A stretch of 64,000 nt of DNA, from NCBI GenBank assembly GCA_965655095.1, contig OZ296651.1, positions 92,504,001 through 92,568,000 on the forward strand, written 5' to 3'. This DNA is from Haplodiscus bocki. Lineage: Eukaryota. The notes beneath the pieces were generated by a model, which did no database searches, was not told where the DNA came from, and saw only the letters and a list, made by a program, of their open reading frames with translations. Positions 47,701 to 62,600 of the stretch are shown in pieces. A program made the position numbers and the translations under genes. Position 1 is the stretch's first letter; each line of letters begins with the position of its first letter.

Positions 47701-50700
47701 AAGGACAATGAATCTAAAAATGGATCATCGTTGTTCTTTCTTCTGAATCTGTTTTGTTGAACTCTCACCAATTTGCTCGGCGTGAGCATATTATTACATA
47801 ATTACGCAGATAGCTCCTTCAGCCAAAAAACAACCGTCATTATTTCGAGATATGCAGGGTTTTCCTTGTGGGATCACAGGATCAAGTCTTGGAAGGATCG
47901 GGTTGTTGTCCCAAGGTTGGTGATACCCCCTTATAAATTTTGAGCCTTGAGGGAACCGCCGACTTGAGAGTTCCCGGCTTGTTGACCTACAATAGGACGT
48001 TCAAAATCAAATCAGCGGTATTCAAGCAGCTTACCCATAAAGCATTTTCCAAATTCGAAATTTTGCAATTATTTGCCGCCTGTTTTTGAATATGAAAGGA
48101 AAATCATCCACCTCAACGCGTTACTTTTTTACATTTACTTGCAAATTGCATGTCCGACGGTTCTGAACTTGAAATGTTTTTGTCACCAATTTATAGCAAA
48201 GTTGCCATACAATGCGACTAAAATAGTAGGGGTTCTCAAAACATAAGATTTTAAAAAAAATAGATCGGTTTTTCTGGAAAAAAACTTGCATTTTGCAAGA
48301 TCGGTGAAGGTGGAAACATTGGTGTAGGTTGCGTATCAAATGATATTATTTTATAAAAACGTCTTTTTCCACCTAAATTGGGGAATTTTTGCAAAAAAAT
48401 CATCAAAAAATTTTAAATTTGAAGAATTAGAAAATTTGCTGAATAAAGCGTTTTTCAGTAAAAAAAACGCTTTCATCCTTCTAAAATGCGTCTTTTCAAA
48501 AGTTGGAGTGCGGAAAAAATGGCGGTGGTAGCCGGCCGTCTTAAACCATATAAACAAAGGTATCTTTCGTTCATATGCAGGGTGTTAAATGTCTTCTCGT
48601 ACATTTCAACGTGTATTTAAACTAGCAGGTCACATTGAACTGAAATAATTAAAAATTCATGAGGCTTGATTTCCTCTATGTTTAAACGTTACCGTGATTT
48701 TCACACCTAAAAAATTCAAGATTACTATCGTCTGAACATAAATCGGATTCGTTGGTAGAAACTAATGTTCAAGAGAAGAGTTCAGTGCAGAACCACATAA
48801 ATTCGCTACTATTGGCGATATTTTATAAACTCTCAAACTAAATGATCCAATTTTTACCGGAAAAAGAGTAATTTAGTTTCAAAAAAGATTGACATTTTTA
48901 GAGAAGCCGAGCTATATAAATACCTAACTCATAATGTGACGCTAGTTAAAAAAAATTTATGAAGTATATGTTCTGATTCCGGCTGCGTGCAAATCTTTTG
49001 CCAACCAAATAAATTTCTGCTTATCCAAAAGTTATGTTAAGCTAGATCGATAGAGCAAGACATTTCACGAAAACTGAAGATTCATTTTGAGATCATGTTT
49101 TTCATGTCAAAGATATGACTTTGAAAATCATTGATATGTAAGACTGATTTTAATTTATCTACCAAACATTCAAAGGTTTTTCGTGAACGGATAATTACTA
49201 CTCAAGTCAATATGAGAATGGGTCAAAGTAAGCTCATCTTGTATGCCTCACAATAATGTCGACCTAAGGGCACCATTAAGTTTTAGTAAATTTTGCAATA
49301 AGTACTTCGTTTGTCATACGAAAGAAGAAACTCAAGCCATCTGCAGACTTACTGTAGAACTCTCCCAGATTTTCTAATTAAATTACTTAGAACACTGAGA
49401 AGAAAGTATCAACTCTGTCTGGACTAAACTCAAATATAAAGGTGAGAGAAAGTAAGCAGCAAAAAATAGAGTTTTAATAAATATTATACGACAAATTGAT
49501 TGAAATGGAAGTTAATTAAGGAACAAATTAATTTACACCTTGTCGTATGCTACTAATACCACAGTGAAGAGAAAATTTTTGTCATTATTCAACTAGAGAT
49601 CTAAGTTTCATTTCAAATTTCAAGATAAATCGCAAAGAGAAAGAATAAGAATTAGATCTGGCCCAAAATATTTCAGCTAAAATTACAGGACATTTGAATC
49701 GGCAACTGATAGACAATATTCTCAAAAAAACTTGCTATTAACACTTCCGTTGTAAAGACTGGGTGGAATTGAAGTCCGTGGGACAAAGGACAATGAATCT
49801 AAAAATGGATCATCGTTGTTCTTTCTTCTGAATCTGTTTTGTTGAACTCTCACCAATTTGCTCGGCGTGAGCATATTATTACATAATTACGCAGATAGCT
49901 CCTTCAGCCAAAAAACAACCGTCATTATTTCGAGATATGCAGGGTTTTCCTTGTGGGATCACAGGATCAAGTCTTGGAAGGATCGGGTTGTTGTCCCAAG
50001 GTTGGTGATACCCCCTTATAAATTTTGAGCCTTGAGGGAACCGCCGACTTGAGAGTTCCCGGCTTGTTGACCTACAATAGGACGTTCAAAATCAAATCAG
50101 CGGTATTCAAGCAGCTTACCCATAAAGCATTTTCCAAATTCGAAATTTTGCAATTATTTGCCGCCTGTTTTTGAATATGAAAGGAAAATCATCCACCTCA
50201 ACGCGTTACTTTTTTACATTTACTTGCAAATTGCATGTCCGACGGTTCTGAACTTGAAATGTTTTTGTCACCAATTTATAGCAAAGTTGCCATACAATGC
50301 GACTAAAATAGTAGGTGTTCTCAAAACATAAGATTTTAAAAAAAAATAGATCGGTTTTTCTGGAAAAAAACTTGCATTTTGCAAAATCGGTGAAGGTGGA
50401 AAAATTGGTGTAGGTTGCGCATCAAATGATATTATTTTATAAAAACGTCTTTTTCCACCTAAATTGGGGAATTTTTGCAAAAAAATCATCAAAAAATTTT
50501 AAATTTGAAGAATTAGAAAATTTGCTGAATAAAGCGTTTTTCAGTAAAAAAAACGCTTTCATCCTTCTAAAATGCGTCTTTTCAAAAGTTGGAGTGCGGA
50601 AAAAATGGCGGTGGTAGCCGGCCGTCTTATTTCATATAAACAAAGGTATCTTTCGTTCATATGCAGGGTGTTAAATGTCTTCTCGTACATTTCAACGTGT

Positions 50701-53700
50701 ATTTAAACTAACAGGTCACATTGAACTGAAATAATTAAAAATTCATGAGGCTTGATTTCCTCTATGTTTAAACGTTACCGTGATTTTCACACCTAAAAAA
50801 TTCAAGATTACTATCGTCTGAACATATATCGGATTCGTTGGTAGAAACTAATGTTCAAGAGAAGAGTTCAGTGCAGAACCACATAAATTCGCTACTGTTG
50901 GCGATATTTTATAAACTCTCAAACTAAATGATCCAATTTTTACCGGAAAAAGTGTAGTTTAGTTTCAAAAAAGATTGACATTTTTAGAGAAGCCGAGCTA
51001 TATAAATACCTAACTCATATTGTGACGCTAGTTAAAAAAAATTTATGAAGTATATGTTCTGATTCCGGCTGCGTGCAAATCTTTTGCCAACCAAATAAAT
51101 TTCTGCTTATCCAAAAGTTATGTTAAGGTAGATCGATAGAGCAAGAAATTTCACGAAAACTGAAGATTCATTTTGAGATCATGTTTTTCATGTCAAAGAT
51201 ATGACTTTGAAAATCATTGATATGTAAGACTGATTTTAATTTATCTACCAAAGATTCAAAGGTTTTTCGTGAACGGATAATTACTACTCAAGTCAATATG
51301 AGAATGGGTCAAAGTAAGCTCATCTTGTAAGCCTCACAATAATGTCGACCTAAGGGCACCATTAAGTTTTAGTAAATTTTGCAATAAGTACTTCGTTTGT
51401 CATACGAAAGAAGAAACTCAAGCCATCTGCAGACTTACTGTCGAACTCTCCCAGAGTTTCTAATTAAATTACTTACAACACTGAGAAGAAAGTATCAACT
51501 CTGTCTGGAATAAACTCAAATATAAAGGTGAGAAAAAGTAAGCAGCAAAAAATAGAGTTTTAATAAATATTATAAGACAAATTGATTGAAATGGAAGTTA
51601 ATTAAGGTACAAATTAATTTACACCTTGTCGTATGCTACTAATACCACAGTGAAGAGAAAACTTTTGTCATTATTCAACTAGAGATCTAAGTTTCATTTC
51701 AAATTTCAAGATAAATCGCAAAGAGAAAGAATAAGAATTAGATCTGGCCCAAAATATTTCAGCTAAAATTACAGGACATTTGAATCGGCAACTGATAGAC
51801 AATAATCTCAAAAAAACTTGCTATTAACACTTCCGTTGTAAAGACTGGGTGGAATTGAAGTCCGTGGGACAAAGGACAATGAATCTAAAAATGGATCATC
51901 GTTGTTCTTTCTTCTGAATCTGTTTTGTTGAACTCTCACCAATTTGCTCGGCGTGAGCATATTATTACATAATTACGCAGATAGCTCCTTCAGCCAAAAA
52001 ACAACCGTCATTATTTCGAGATATGCAGGGTTTTCCTTGTGGGATCACAGGATCAAGTCTTGGAAGGATCGGGTTGTTGTCCCAAGGTTGGTGATACCCC
52101 CTTATAAATTTTGAGCCTTGAGGGAACCGCCGACTTGAGAGTTCCCGGCTTGTTGACCTACAATAGGACGTTCAAAATCAAATCAGCGGTATTCAAGCAG
52201 CTTACCCATAAAGCATTTTCCAAATTCGAAATTTTGCAATTATTTGCCGCCTGTTTTTGAATATGAAAGGAAAATCATCCACCTCAACGCGTTACTTTTT
52301 TACATTTACTTGCAAATTGCATGTCCGACGGTTCTGAACTTGAAATGTTTTTGTCACCAATTTATAGCAAAGTTGCCATACAATGCGACTAAAATAGTAG
52401 GGGTTCTCAAAACATAAGATTTTAAAAAAAATAGATCGGTTTTTCTGGAAAAAAACTTGCATTTTGCAAGATCGGTGAAGGTGGAAACATTGGTGTAGGT
52501 TGCGTATCAAATGATATTATTTTATAAAAACGTCTTTTTCCACCTAAATTGGGGAATTTTTGCAAAAAAATCATCAAAAAATTTTAAATTTGAAGAATTA
52601 GAAAATTTGCTGAATAAAGCGTTTTTCAGTAAAAAAACGCTTTCATCCTTCTAAAATGCGTCTTTTCAAAAGTTGGAGTGCGGAAAATATGGCGGTGGTA
52701 GCCGGCCGTCTTAAACCATATAAACAAAGGTATCTTTCGTTCATATGCAGGGTGTTAAATGTCTTCTCGTACATTTCAACGTGTATTTAAACTAGCAGGT
52801 CACATTGAACTGAAATAATTAAAAATTCATGAGGCTTGATTTCCTCTATGTTTAAACGTTACCGTGATTTTCACACCTAAAAAATTCAAGATTACTATCG
52901 TCTGAACATAAATCGGATTCGTTGGTGGAAACTAACGTTCAAGAGAAGAGTTCAGTGCAGAACCACATAAATTCGCTACTATTGGCGATATTTTATAAAC
53001 TCTCAAACTAAATGATCCAATTTTTACCGGAAAAAGTGTAGTTTAGTTTCAAAAAAGATTGACATTTTTAGAGAAGCCGAGCTATATAAATACCTAACTC
53101 ATAATGTGACGCTAGTTAAAAAAAATTTATGAAGTATATGTTCTGATTCCGGCTGCGTGCAAATCTTTTGCCAACCAAATAAGTTTCTGCTTATCCAAAA
53201 GTTATGTTAAGCTAGATCGACAGAGCAAGAAATTTCACGAAAACTGAAGATTCATTTTGAGATCATGTTTTTCATGTCAAAGATATGACTTTGAAAATCA
53301 TTGATATGTAAGACTGATTTTAATTTATCTACCAAAGATTCAAAGGTTTTTCGTGAACGGATAATTACTACTCAAGTCAATATGAGAATGGGTCAAAGTA
53401 AGCTCATCTTGTAAGACTCACAATAATGTCGACCTAAGGGCACCATTAAGTTTTAGTAAATTTTGCAATAAGTACTTCGTTTGTCATACGAAAGAAGAAA
53501 CTCAAGCCATCTGCAGACTTACTGTCGAACTCTCCCAGAGTTTCTAATTAAATTACTTACAACACTGAGAAGAAAGTATCAACTCTGTCTGGAATAAACT
53601 CAAATATAAAGGTGAGAAAAAGTAAGCAGCAAAAAATAGAGTTTTAATAAATATTATAAGACAAATTGATTGAAATGGAAGTTAATTAAGGTACAAATTA

Positions 53701-56700
53701 ATTTACACCTTGTCGTATGCTACTAATACCACAGTGAAGAGAAAATTTTTGTCATTATTCAACTAGAGATCTAAGTTTCATTTCAAATTTCAAGATAAAT
53801 CGCAAAGAGAAAGAATAAGAATTAGATCTGGCCCAAAATATTTCAGCTAAAATTACAGGACATTTGAATCGGCAACTGATAGACAATAATCTCAAAAAAA
53901 CTTGCTATTAACACTTCCGTTGTAAAGACTGGGTGGAATTGAAGTCCGTGGGACAAAGGACAATGAATCTAAAAATGGATCATCGTTGTTCTTTCTTCTG
54001 AATCTGTTTTGTTGAACTCTCACCAATTTGCTCGGCGTGAGCATATTATTACATAATTACGCAGATAGCTCCTTCAGCCAAAAAACAACCGTCATTATTT
54101 CGAGATATGCAGGGTTTTCCTTGTGGGATCACAGGATCAAGTCTTGGAAGGATCGGGTTGTTGTCCCAAGGTTGGTGATACCCCCTTATAAATTTTGAGC
54201 CTTGAGGGAACCGCCGACTTGAGAGTTCCCGGCTTGTTGACCTACAATAGGACGTTCAAAATCAAATCAGCGGTATTCAAGCAGCTTACCCATAAAGCAT
54301 TTTCCAAATTCGAAATTTTGCAATTATTTGCCGCCTGTTTTTGAATATGAAAGGAAAATCATCCACCTCAACGCGCTACTTTTTTACATTTACTTGCAAA
54401 TTGCATGTCCGACGGTTCTGAACTTGAAATGTTTTTGTCACCAATTTATAGCAAAGTTGCCATACAATGCGACTAAAATAGTAGGGGTTCTCAAAACATA
54501 AGATTTTAAAAAAAATAGATCGGTTTTTCTGGAAAAAAACTTGCATTTTGCAAAATCGGTGAAGGTGGAAACATTGGTGTAGGTTGCGTATCAAATGATA
54601 TTATTTTATAAAAACGTCTTTTTCCACCTAAATTGGGGAATTTTTGCAAAAAAATCATCAAAAAATTTTAAATTTGAAGAATTAGAAAATTTGCTGAATA
54701 AAGCGTTTTTCAGTAAAAAAAACGCTTTCATCCTTCTAAAATGCGTCTTTTCAAAAGTTGGAGTGCGGAAAATATGGCGATGGTAGCCGGCCGTCTTATT
54801 TCATATAAACAAAGGTATCTTTCGTTCATATGCAGGGTGTTAAATGTCTTCTCGTACATTTCAACGTGTATTTAAACTAGCAGGTCACATTGAACTGAAA
54901 TAATTAAAAATTCATGAGGCTTGATTTCCTCTATGTTTAAACGTTACCGTGATTTTCACACCTAAAAAATTCAAGATTACTATCGTCTGAACATAAATCG
55001 GATTCGTTGGTAGAAACTAATGTTCAAGAGAAGAGTTCAGTGCAGAACCACATAAATTCGCTACTATTGGCGATATTTTATAAACTCTCAAACTAAATGA
55101 TCCAATTTTTACCGGAAAAAGTGTAGTTTAGTTTCAAAAAAGATTGACATTTTTAGAGAAGCCGAGCTATATAAATACCTAACTCATAATGTGACGCTAG
55201 TTAAAAAAAATTTATGAAGTATATGTTCTGATTCCGGCTGCGTGCAAATCTTTTGCCAACCAAATAAATTTCTGCTTATCCAAAAGTTATGTTAAGCTAG
55301 ATCGACAGAGCAAGAAATTTCACGAAAACTGAAGATTCATTTTGAGATCATGTTTTTCATGTCAAAGATATGACTTTGAAAATCATTGATATGTAAGACT
55401 GATTTTAATTTATCTACCAAAGATTCAAAGGTTTTTCGTGAACGGATAATTACTACTCAAGTCAATATGAGAATGGGTCAAAGTAAGCTCATCTTGTAAG
55501 CCTCACAATAATGTCGACCTAAGGGCACCATTAAGTTTTAGTAAATTTTGCAATAAGTACTTCGTTTGTCATACGAAAGAAGAAACTCAAGCCATCTGCA
55601 GACTTACTGTCGAACTCTCCCAGAGTTTCTAATTAAATTACTTACAACACTAAGAAGAAAGTATCAACTCTGTCTGGAATAAACTCAAATATAAAGGTGA
55701 GAAAAAGTAAGCAGCAAAAAATAGAGTTTTAATAAATATTATAAGACAAATTGATTGAAATGGAAGTTAATTAAGGTACAAATTAATTTACACCTTGTCG
55801 TATGCTACTAATACCACAGTGAAGAGAAAACTTTTGTCATTATTCAACTAGAGATCTAAGTTTCATTTCAAATTTCAAGATAAATCGCAAAGAGAAAGAA
55901 TAAGAATTAGATCTGGCCCAAAATATTTCAGCTAAAATTACAGGACATTTGAATCGGCAACTGATAGACAATAATCTCAAAAAAACTTGCTATTAACACT
56001 TCCGTTGTAAAGACTGGGTGGAATTGAAGTCCGTGGGACAAAGGACAATGAATCTAAAAATGGATCATCGTTGTTCTTTCTTCTGAATCTGTTTTGTTGA
56101 ACTCTCACCAATTTGCTCGGCGTGAGCATATTATTACATAATTACGCAGATAGCTCCTTCAGCCAAAAAACAACCGTCATTATTTCGAGATATGCAGGGT
56201 TTTCCTTGTGGGATCACAGGATCAAGTCTTGGAAGGATCGGGTTGTTGTCCCAAGGTTGGTGATACCCCCTTATAAATTTTGAGCCTTGAGGGAACCGCC
56301 GACTTGAGAGTTCCCGGCTTGTTGACCTACAATAGGACGTTCAAAATCAAATCAGCGGTATTCAAGCAGCTTACCCATAAAGCATTTTCCAAATTCGAAA
56401 TTTTGCAATTATTTGCCGCCTGTTTTTGAATATGAAAGGAAAATCATCCACCTCAACGCGTTACTTTTTTACATTTACTTGCAAATTGCATGTCCGACGG
56501 TTCTGAACTTGAAATGTTTTTGTCACCAATTTATAGCAAAGTTGCCATACAATGCGACTAAAATAGTAGGGGTTCTCAAAACATAAGATTTTAAAAAAAA
56601 TAGATCGGTTTTTCTGGAAAAAAACTTGCATTTTGCAAAATCGGTGAAGGTGGAAAAATTGGTGTAGGTTGCGTATCAAATGATATTATTTTATAAAAAC

Positions 56701-58348
56701 GTCTTTTTCCACCTAAATTGGGGAATTTTTGCAAAAAAATCATCAAAAAATTTTAAATTTGAAGAATTAGAAAATTTGCTGAATAAAGCGTTTTTCAGTA
56801 AAAAAAACGCTTTCATCCTTCTAAAATGCGTCTTTTCAAAAGTTGGAGTGCGGAAAATATGGCGATGGTAGCCGGCCGTCTTATTTCATATAAACAAAGG
56901 TATCTTTCGTTCATATGCAGGGTGTTAAATGTCTTCTCGTACATTTCAACGTGTATTTAAACTAGCAGGTCACATTGAACTGAAATAATCAAAAATTCAT
57001 GAGGCTTGATTTCCTCTATGTTTAAACGTTACCGTGATTTTCACACCTAAAAAATTCAAGATTACCATCGTCTGAACATAAATCGGATTCGTTGGTTGAA
57101 ACTAACGTTCAAGAGAAGAGTTCAGTGCAGAACCACATAAATTCGCTACTATTGGCGATATTTTATAAACTCTCAAACTAAATGATCCAATTTTTACCGG
57201 AAAAAGAGTAATTTAGTTTCAAAAAAGATTGACATTTTTAGAGAAGCCGAGCTATATAAATACCTAACTCATAATGTGACGCTAGTTAAAAAAAATTTAT
57301 GAAGTATATGTTCTGATTCCGGCTGCGTGCAAATCTTTTGCCAACCAAATAAATTTCTGCTTATCCAAAAGTTATGTTAAGCTAGATCGACAGAGCAAGA
57401 AATTTCACGAAAACTGAAGATTCATTTTGAGATCATGTTTTTCATGTCAAAGATATGACTTTGAAAATCATTGATATGTAAGACTGATTTTAATTTATCT
57501 ACCAAAGATTCAAAGGTTTTTCGTGAACGGATAATTACTACTCAAGTCAATATGAGAATGGGTCAAAGTAAGCTCATCTTGTAAGCCTCACAATAATGTC
57601 GACCTAAGGGCACCATTAAGTTTTAGTAAATTTTGCAATAAGTACTTCGTTTGTCATACGAAAGAAGAAACTCAAGCCATCTGCAGACTTACTGTAGAAC
57701 TCTCCCAGAGTTTCTAATTAAATTACTTACAACACTGAGAAGAAAGTATCAACTCTGTCTGGAATAAACTCAAATATAAAGGTGAGAAAAAGTAAGCAGC
57801 AAAAAATAGAGTTTTAATAAATATTATAAGACAAATTGATTGAAATGGAAGTTAATTAAGGTACAAATTAATTTACACCTTGTCGTATGCTACTAATACC
57901 ACAGTGAAGAGAAAATTTTTGTCATTATTCAACTAGAGATCTAAGTTTCATTTCAAATTTCAAGATAAATCGCAAAGAGAAAGAATAAGAATTAGATCTG
58001 GCCCAAAATATTTCAGCTAAAATTACAGGACATTTGAATCGGCAACTGATAGACAATAATCTCAAAAAAACTTGCTATTAACACTTCCGTTGTAAAGACT
58101 GGGTGGAATTGAAGTCCGTGGGACAAAGGACAATGAATCTAAAAATGGATCATCGTTGTTCTTTCTTCTGAATCTGTTTTGTTGAACTCTCACCAATTTG
58201 CTCGGCGTGAGCATATTATTACATAATTACGCAGATAGCTCCTTCAGCCAAAAAACAACCGTCATTATTTCGAGATATGCAGGGTTTTCCTTGTGGGATC
58301 ACAGGATCAAGTCTTGGAAGGATCGGGTTGTTGTCCCAAGGTTGGTGA
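41667..58348. repeat. Tandem array of eight ~2085-bp near-identical units
   Basis: Unit starts (tacccccttat) at 41670, 43754, 45839, 47924, 50009, 52095, 54179 and 56264. Junction ggttggTGAtacccc has 3-bp TGA microhomology. Confidence 0.98.
41812..42288 (-). mobile_element. Family B element, present once in each of the 8 tandem units
   Basis: gaaaggaaaatcatccactcaacgcg...ggtagccggccgtctt is homologous to 31925-32418. Confidence 0.65.
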
Positions 58349-58777
58349 CAAAAAGGGTTCGTGAGGCGACAGGGACGAAAACTTTTGGAAACAGTGGTAC
58401 ATGTTGACTAACACGACCATGTGCACCGGTAAACAAGATCGTCTATCATTGCATGAGGGGTCCACATTCAGCCACGAGAGGGCGTTGTAGCTTTCCAAAA
58501 CATGTCTTAATACAGTTGTAGTCTGATGCGAGTCCAAAGGATGCGAATGTTTTTGCCTATCATCGTTCATTGAGGTTGTGATGTGAAGAGCTGCTTTTAG
58601 AGTAGAAGGGCTTTTGAATTCTGAAAGCGGGTCTGAGGACCAGAACCAGGGAGGTAGATGTCCAGTTGGGGCCGTGGAGACATAGAAGCCCAGAGCCAAA
58701 GGTTGTTGTTGCAATAACTGCCCAATTACGTCAGGGTCACCGTCATTCGGAGACAGATAAGCAGAACATGTGACTTC
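58307..58777 (-). CDS. MED13: Mediator subunit 13, last coding exon
   Basis: [26 protein letters not shown]...LKAALH...[29 protein letters not shown]...DRRSCLPVH matches the metazoan MED13 C-terminus. Acceptor gtttag, phase 0. Confidence 0.96.
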   Translation of the reverse strand, partial: EVTCSAYLSPNDGDPDVIGQLLQQQPLALGFYVSTAPTGHLPPWFWSSDPLSEFKSPSTLKAALHITTSMNDDRQKHSHPLDSHQTTTVLRHVLESYNALSWLNVDPSCNDRRSCLPVHMVVLVNMYHCFQKFSSLSPHEPFLSPTLGQQPDPSKT

Positions 58778-59426
58778 CTAAACAAAACGATTCATGTGAC
58801 TGAAAATTAAATATTTTTCCCGTTTCAATTCACAATTAAACTTTTTCGACACACGTGTCTTCCTCGGAATCTTGAATACATTAGGTCAATGCGTTAAGAA
58901 GCACACTTTCAAGCAGTTTCAGCATTCAAATGAACAATTAAAACCAGGATTCGAGAAAGCTTACTAGGGCCCGAAAAAAAAATTGGATTATAAAATAGCA
59001 TTCAACTAAATAATTAAGCAAACAATTGTTAGCAAACTATTGATTCTTTGTTTTTGTTTCTAGACCTAAGATAATCTTATAAACACGATATTCAAATTTG
59101 AATGATTTGCTAGTGAAAATTGAGTTCTAAAAGGGTGCTTAGTTAAATCTTGTATCTCAAGGAACAGCGATTCTCCGTCAAGCCTTAAACCTTTGAGTTG
59201 TGAGTATCGAAATATCAGAGCTTTTTCATTGCCCCCCACACATAGCCAAAATTTAATTCAAAGTGATCTTCAAATAGATAATAACAAGATTTCTGAAGGT
59301 TTTTTCACATTTTTGAAGAAATGTTGGATAATAGTGCCATAAAAATTCATTAAAAAATGAAACTATTCTATGGGGAGTAGAAAAAGCCGAAAATTCTTTC
59401 TTGTCAGCAATCAGATGGTCGCTTAC

Positions 59427-59612
59427 CTTTTTGGTGTCTCCACTGAGACTTGAAGTAGCGTCATTGCCCGTTTGCACTCCAGAGCCGTTGTTGTCATTTG
59501 AGATCTCACTGATCAACTGACCAATGTCTTCCTGGTCCAAGTCGTTCCATGCAAACAAATCAGGGAAACCGAAGTCCCCAGCTCCGTCAAACTGTGGAGT
59601 ATTCGTAACTTG
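59427..59612 (-). CDS. MED13: MED13 penultimate coding exon
   Basis: QVTNTPQFDGAGDFGFPDLFAWNDLDQEDI resembles the MED13 DGADGMGIFDL..DDLD segment. Acceptor tgcag, donor gtaagc, 186 nt, phase 0-0. Confidence 0.85.
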
Positions 59613-59639
59613 CTGCATCACAAAAACAACTAACTCGGA

Positions 59640-62600
59640 AACTGATCAAAAAGTGTACATTTTTGAACAGTTTTTAAAGTTCTTTACAATTTTTCGATGA
59701 ATTTGAAAGTGTATTGGTCAAATATCACTTTATTTATGAGGTATTACCCGCTGACATTGAAACCTGTAATCCTCATAAACAAGATAAGAACGCTCCAATT
59801 ATCATAAAATTCGTCTATTTCAAAGACAAAAACGAGATTTATGGAAGATGCAAAATGCTAGCTCGACAAATGAATGAAAAAGCAATATACATTTCGGACT
59901 GCCACCTCATGACCTGCAAATGAAGAAAAACCTGTGACGAGCAGGGCCTAATTAACGATAAAGAATTATCAGGTAAAGATGCTTATTAGAGATATCAGTG
60001 ACAACATCCATTCACAGGTTAATAGGCTTGTTGCAGTCAACCAGTTGTCCGATAAAGCCCCGCAGAGAAGGGGAAGAAACGTAAAAGGTATAGAAACGTA
60101 CAGTAAACTCGGTGAACGGAATTTAGAATTCCACTCAGTATCACGTTTCAAAAATCCAACGCTGAAAATACCCCGATACAAAAGTTAAACACTAATTGTT
60201 CGCCTATTGATGAAGCGATGTATTTCAACAGAGCTGACACAGCCGGATCATTGCATCCCGAAACGTGCAATTTGGAGTAAAGTTCAAAACTCCCATTTCA
60301 TGCTGCTTTCCGAGAATCCAGATTTGGCACAATCAATAGACTCTTACGTACCACAAAGATGAATTCTCTGTATTTTTAGAAACTTCAGGAACTAAAGATA
60401 TTTTGAAGTTCACGGAAATGTGGGTTTCCGAAGATGATGACTTGAAAGATTAAAACCTGAAAGATTATCAACAAATAAAGTCAAAACATACAAAAAACTT
60501 TATACAAAGGTCAAGAGGAGTAGATTTCCATGTAACAAAAAAGATCTTCGTTACAAGCAGAGTCCTTATGCGTCAGAAGTTGAGTGAAGTATTATAGAAA
60601 CTGATTTCAGTGAGGTAGACGTGAGGACGCTTCGTGTGCTATACAGGTCACAATCATTACTCGAACAATTCTCTCCCTAAACCTGAAGAGCTTCTTCATT
60701 TGTTGACTCTCAAAAAGGAAGATATCATTTTTGATGACTTTAATATGAATACTTTGAAAGATTATTTGGATAAAAAAATATGAAACACTTTCAGCAGCAT
60801 TTGCCACTGAAAATTCTACATTTAAGCCCACCTGGGTAACTGAAAGCTTTAAAAGTTGTTTAGATCATATGGTAACTCGAAAAGAGAATGAAATAGAAAC
60901 GATTCCAACAAAAAATGATAATCATTACACCGCTGTAGCAAAAATGTCCACGAAAAATATAATGTCATCTGGAAAATTCAAAAAAACTATAAAGGTGACA
61001 AAGCGTTAAAATTTGTTTGTTTTCGATCAAAAGCTTGGATTCATTTCGAAAGGCTGAAGTATTGATGACTTTATCAATCAAATGACAAAATGAGTTATGC
61101 AATAAGCTGATAATTTTTCTCCGGAAAAAAGATCTAGCGAAAAAATGGAAACCAATAGATAACTATAATAAAATATATAAAAAGCTCGGATGATGAGACC
61201 AACTGTATCCGAAGTGGATAAAAGATACTTGTGATGAGAGCACAGAGAAATATGAAGACTTACGTAAAAGTAAAAAATAGGGAATCGAAAAGCTGACAAT
61301 TTTCATGAACTAGGTCCAAAGCCCATTGCTAGGGCTATCTACAAGACTTTGGGAACAAATAAACATAGAAAACATACACTGCCCTAACTGACCTTGAGGA
61401 ACTGAATAAACATTTTGCATCTGTTGGTATGTCTTCAAAGCTCCCTGATAGTAATTCCTCTTGCACCACCAAGAGACTTGAAACAACAATGTTCATTTAC
61501 CAAATAGATGGGAAAAACGTTCGGGAAAGACTGAGAAAAAATGAGATAGAAAAGTCTTGGGGAAGATGGCATCAGTAATGAATATCCAACATGTTGATCC
61601 CCCATAATTGAGAACTTCTTTCGATAAATGTAGCATAGAACAAACTTATCGGACATGTTTTGAAACGTAACAGTGATTCGTTGGCATAAAAAGTGATAGA
61701 TCCGATCTTGGAATCATAGAACCATCAGTCTCTTGAGCTCGCTAGGCAAGGTTTTTGGGAACCTTTTTCATTAGCGAAAGATTGAATTTTGTCGAAAGCA
61801 AAAGATTCTGGCATCAACTGAATACGATTTCAGGTGAAACAGATCTTGTCTAAATGCAATTAACGCTGTGACTAAATACATCAGAATTGGAAATGAAAGC
61901 AAGATAACGGGACAATCTTCCTCTGGAAAACATAGATACCTTTGATTAAGGAAAATTGTTGGATTACTTAGAAATCTATGATTTTAGGGTGGTGATTCAA
62001 AAAAAATTAAGATTTAGCACTGATCCATGGAAATATATATCTGTTAATGCTACAACCCTGGAGAAACTTTAACTTAAAACTGGTGTACCACAGGGATCAG
62101 ACTTCTTCCCATTTCCTTCTTTGTTATACAAAAAAAATTGGAAAATGTCATCAAAAAAAGGAAAAATCATGTTTGCTGAGGATACGACAGTTGTCAGTTC
62201 AAGAAAAACAACTGATCCTCTAGTTTATTCTGGTTACAAGAAAAGCTAAAACGGTTCACTTCATATTAGGCAATTATTAATGTAGACAAACGAAAAGGAA
62301 CATCAATCTGAGCATGAAAGCCCAAAAACTGCAGGTTGCTGAATTGGAAGCTGCCTATCAAAAAATGTTGCAAGTACTTAGAACAACATCCGGACAGCTG
62401 CCTCAGATACAGAAACACATTGACTATGTGAAGAAAAAGCTCAACAAACTGTTATACCTGATTTGTAGAGTGCGACACTTCTATCCTAGGAAATGGAGGT
62501 TTTACAATTTCTTCGCAAAATCGATTATGTCGAACGGTTTATTGCCATACGGATCTGTAGCGGAAAGCAATCGGGATAAAAATGATTCACGGGCGTATAC

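Noticed and set aside
41928-56871. Recurrent 63-74 aa ORFs (MIRNLHQ..., MILFYKN...) in each tandem unit
   Set aside because: They lie within the family B repeat, change with homopolymer length between copies, and have low-complexity F/K composition.
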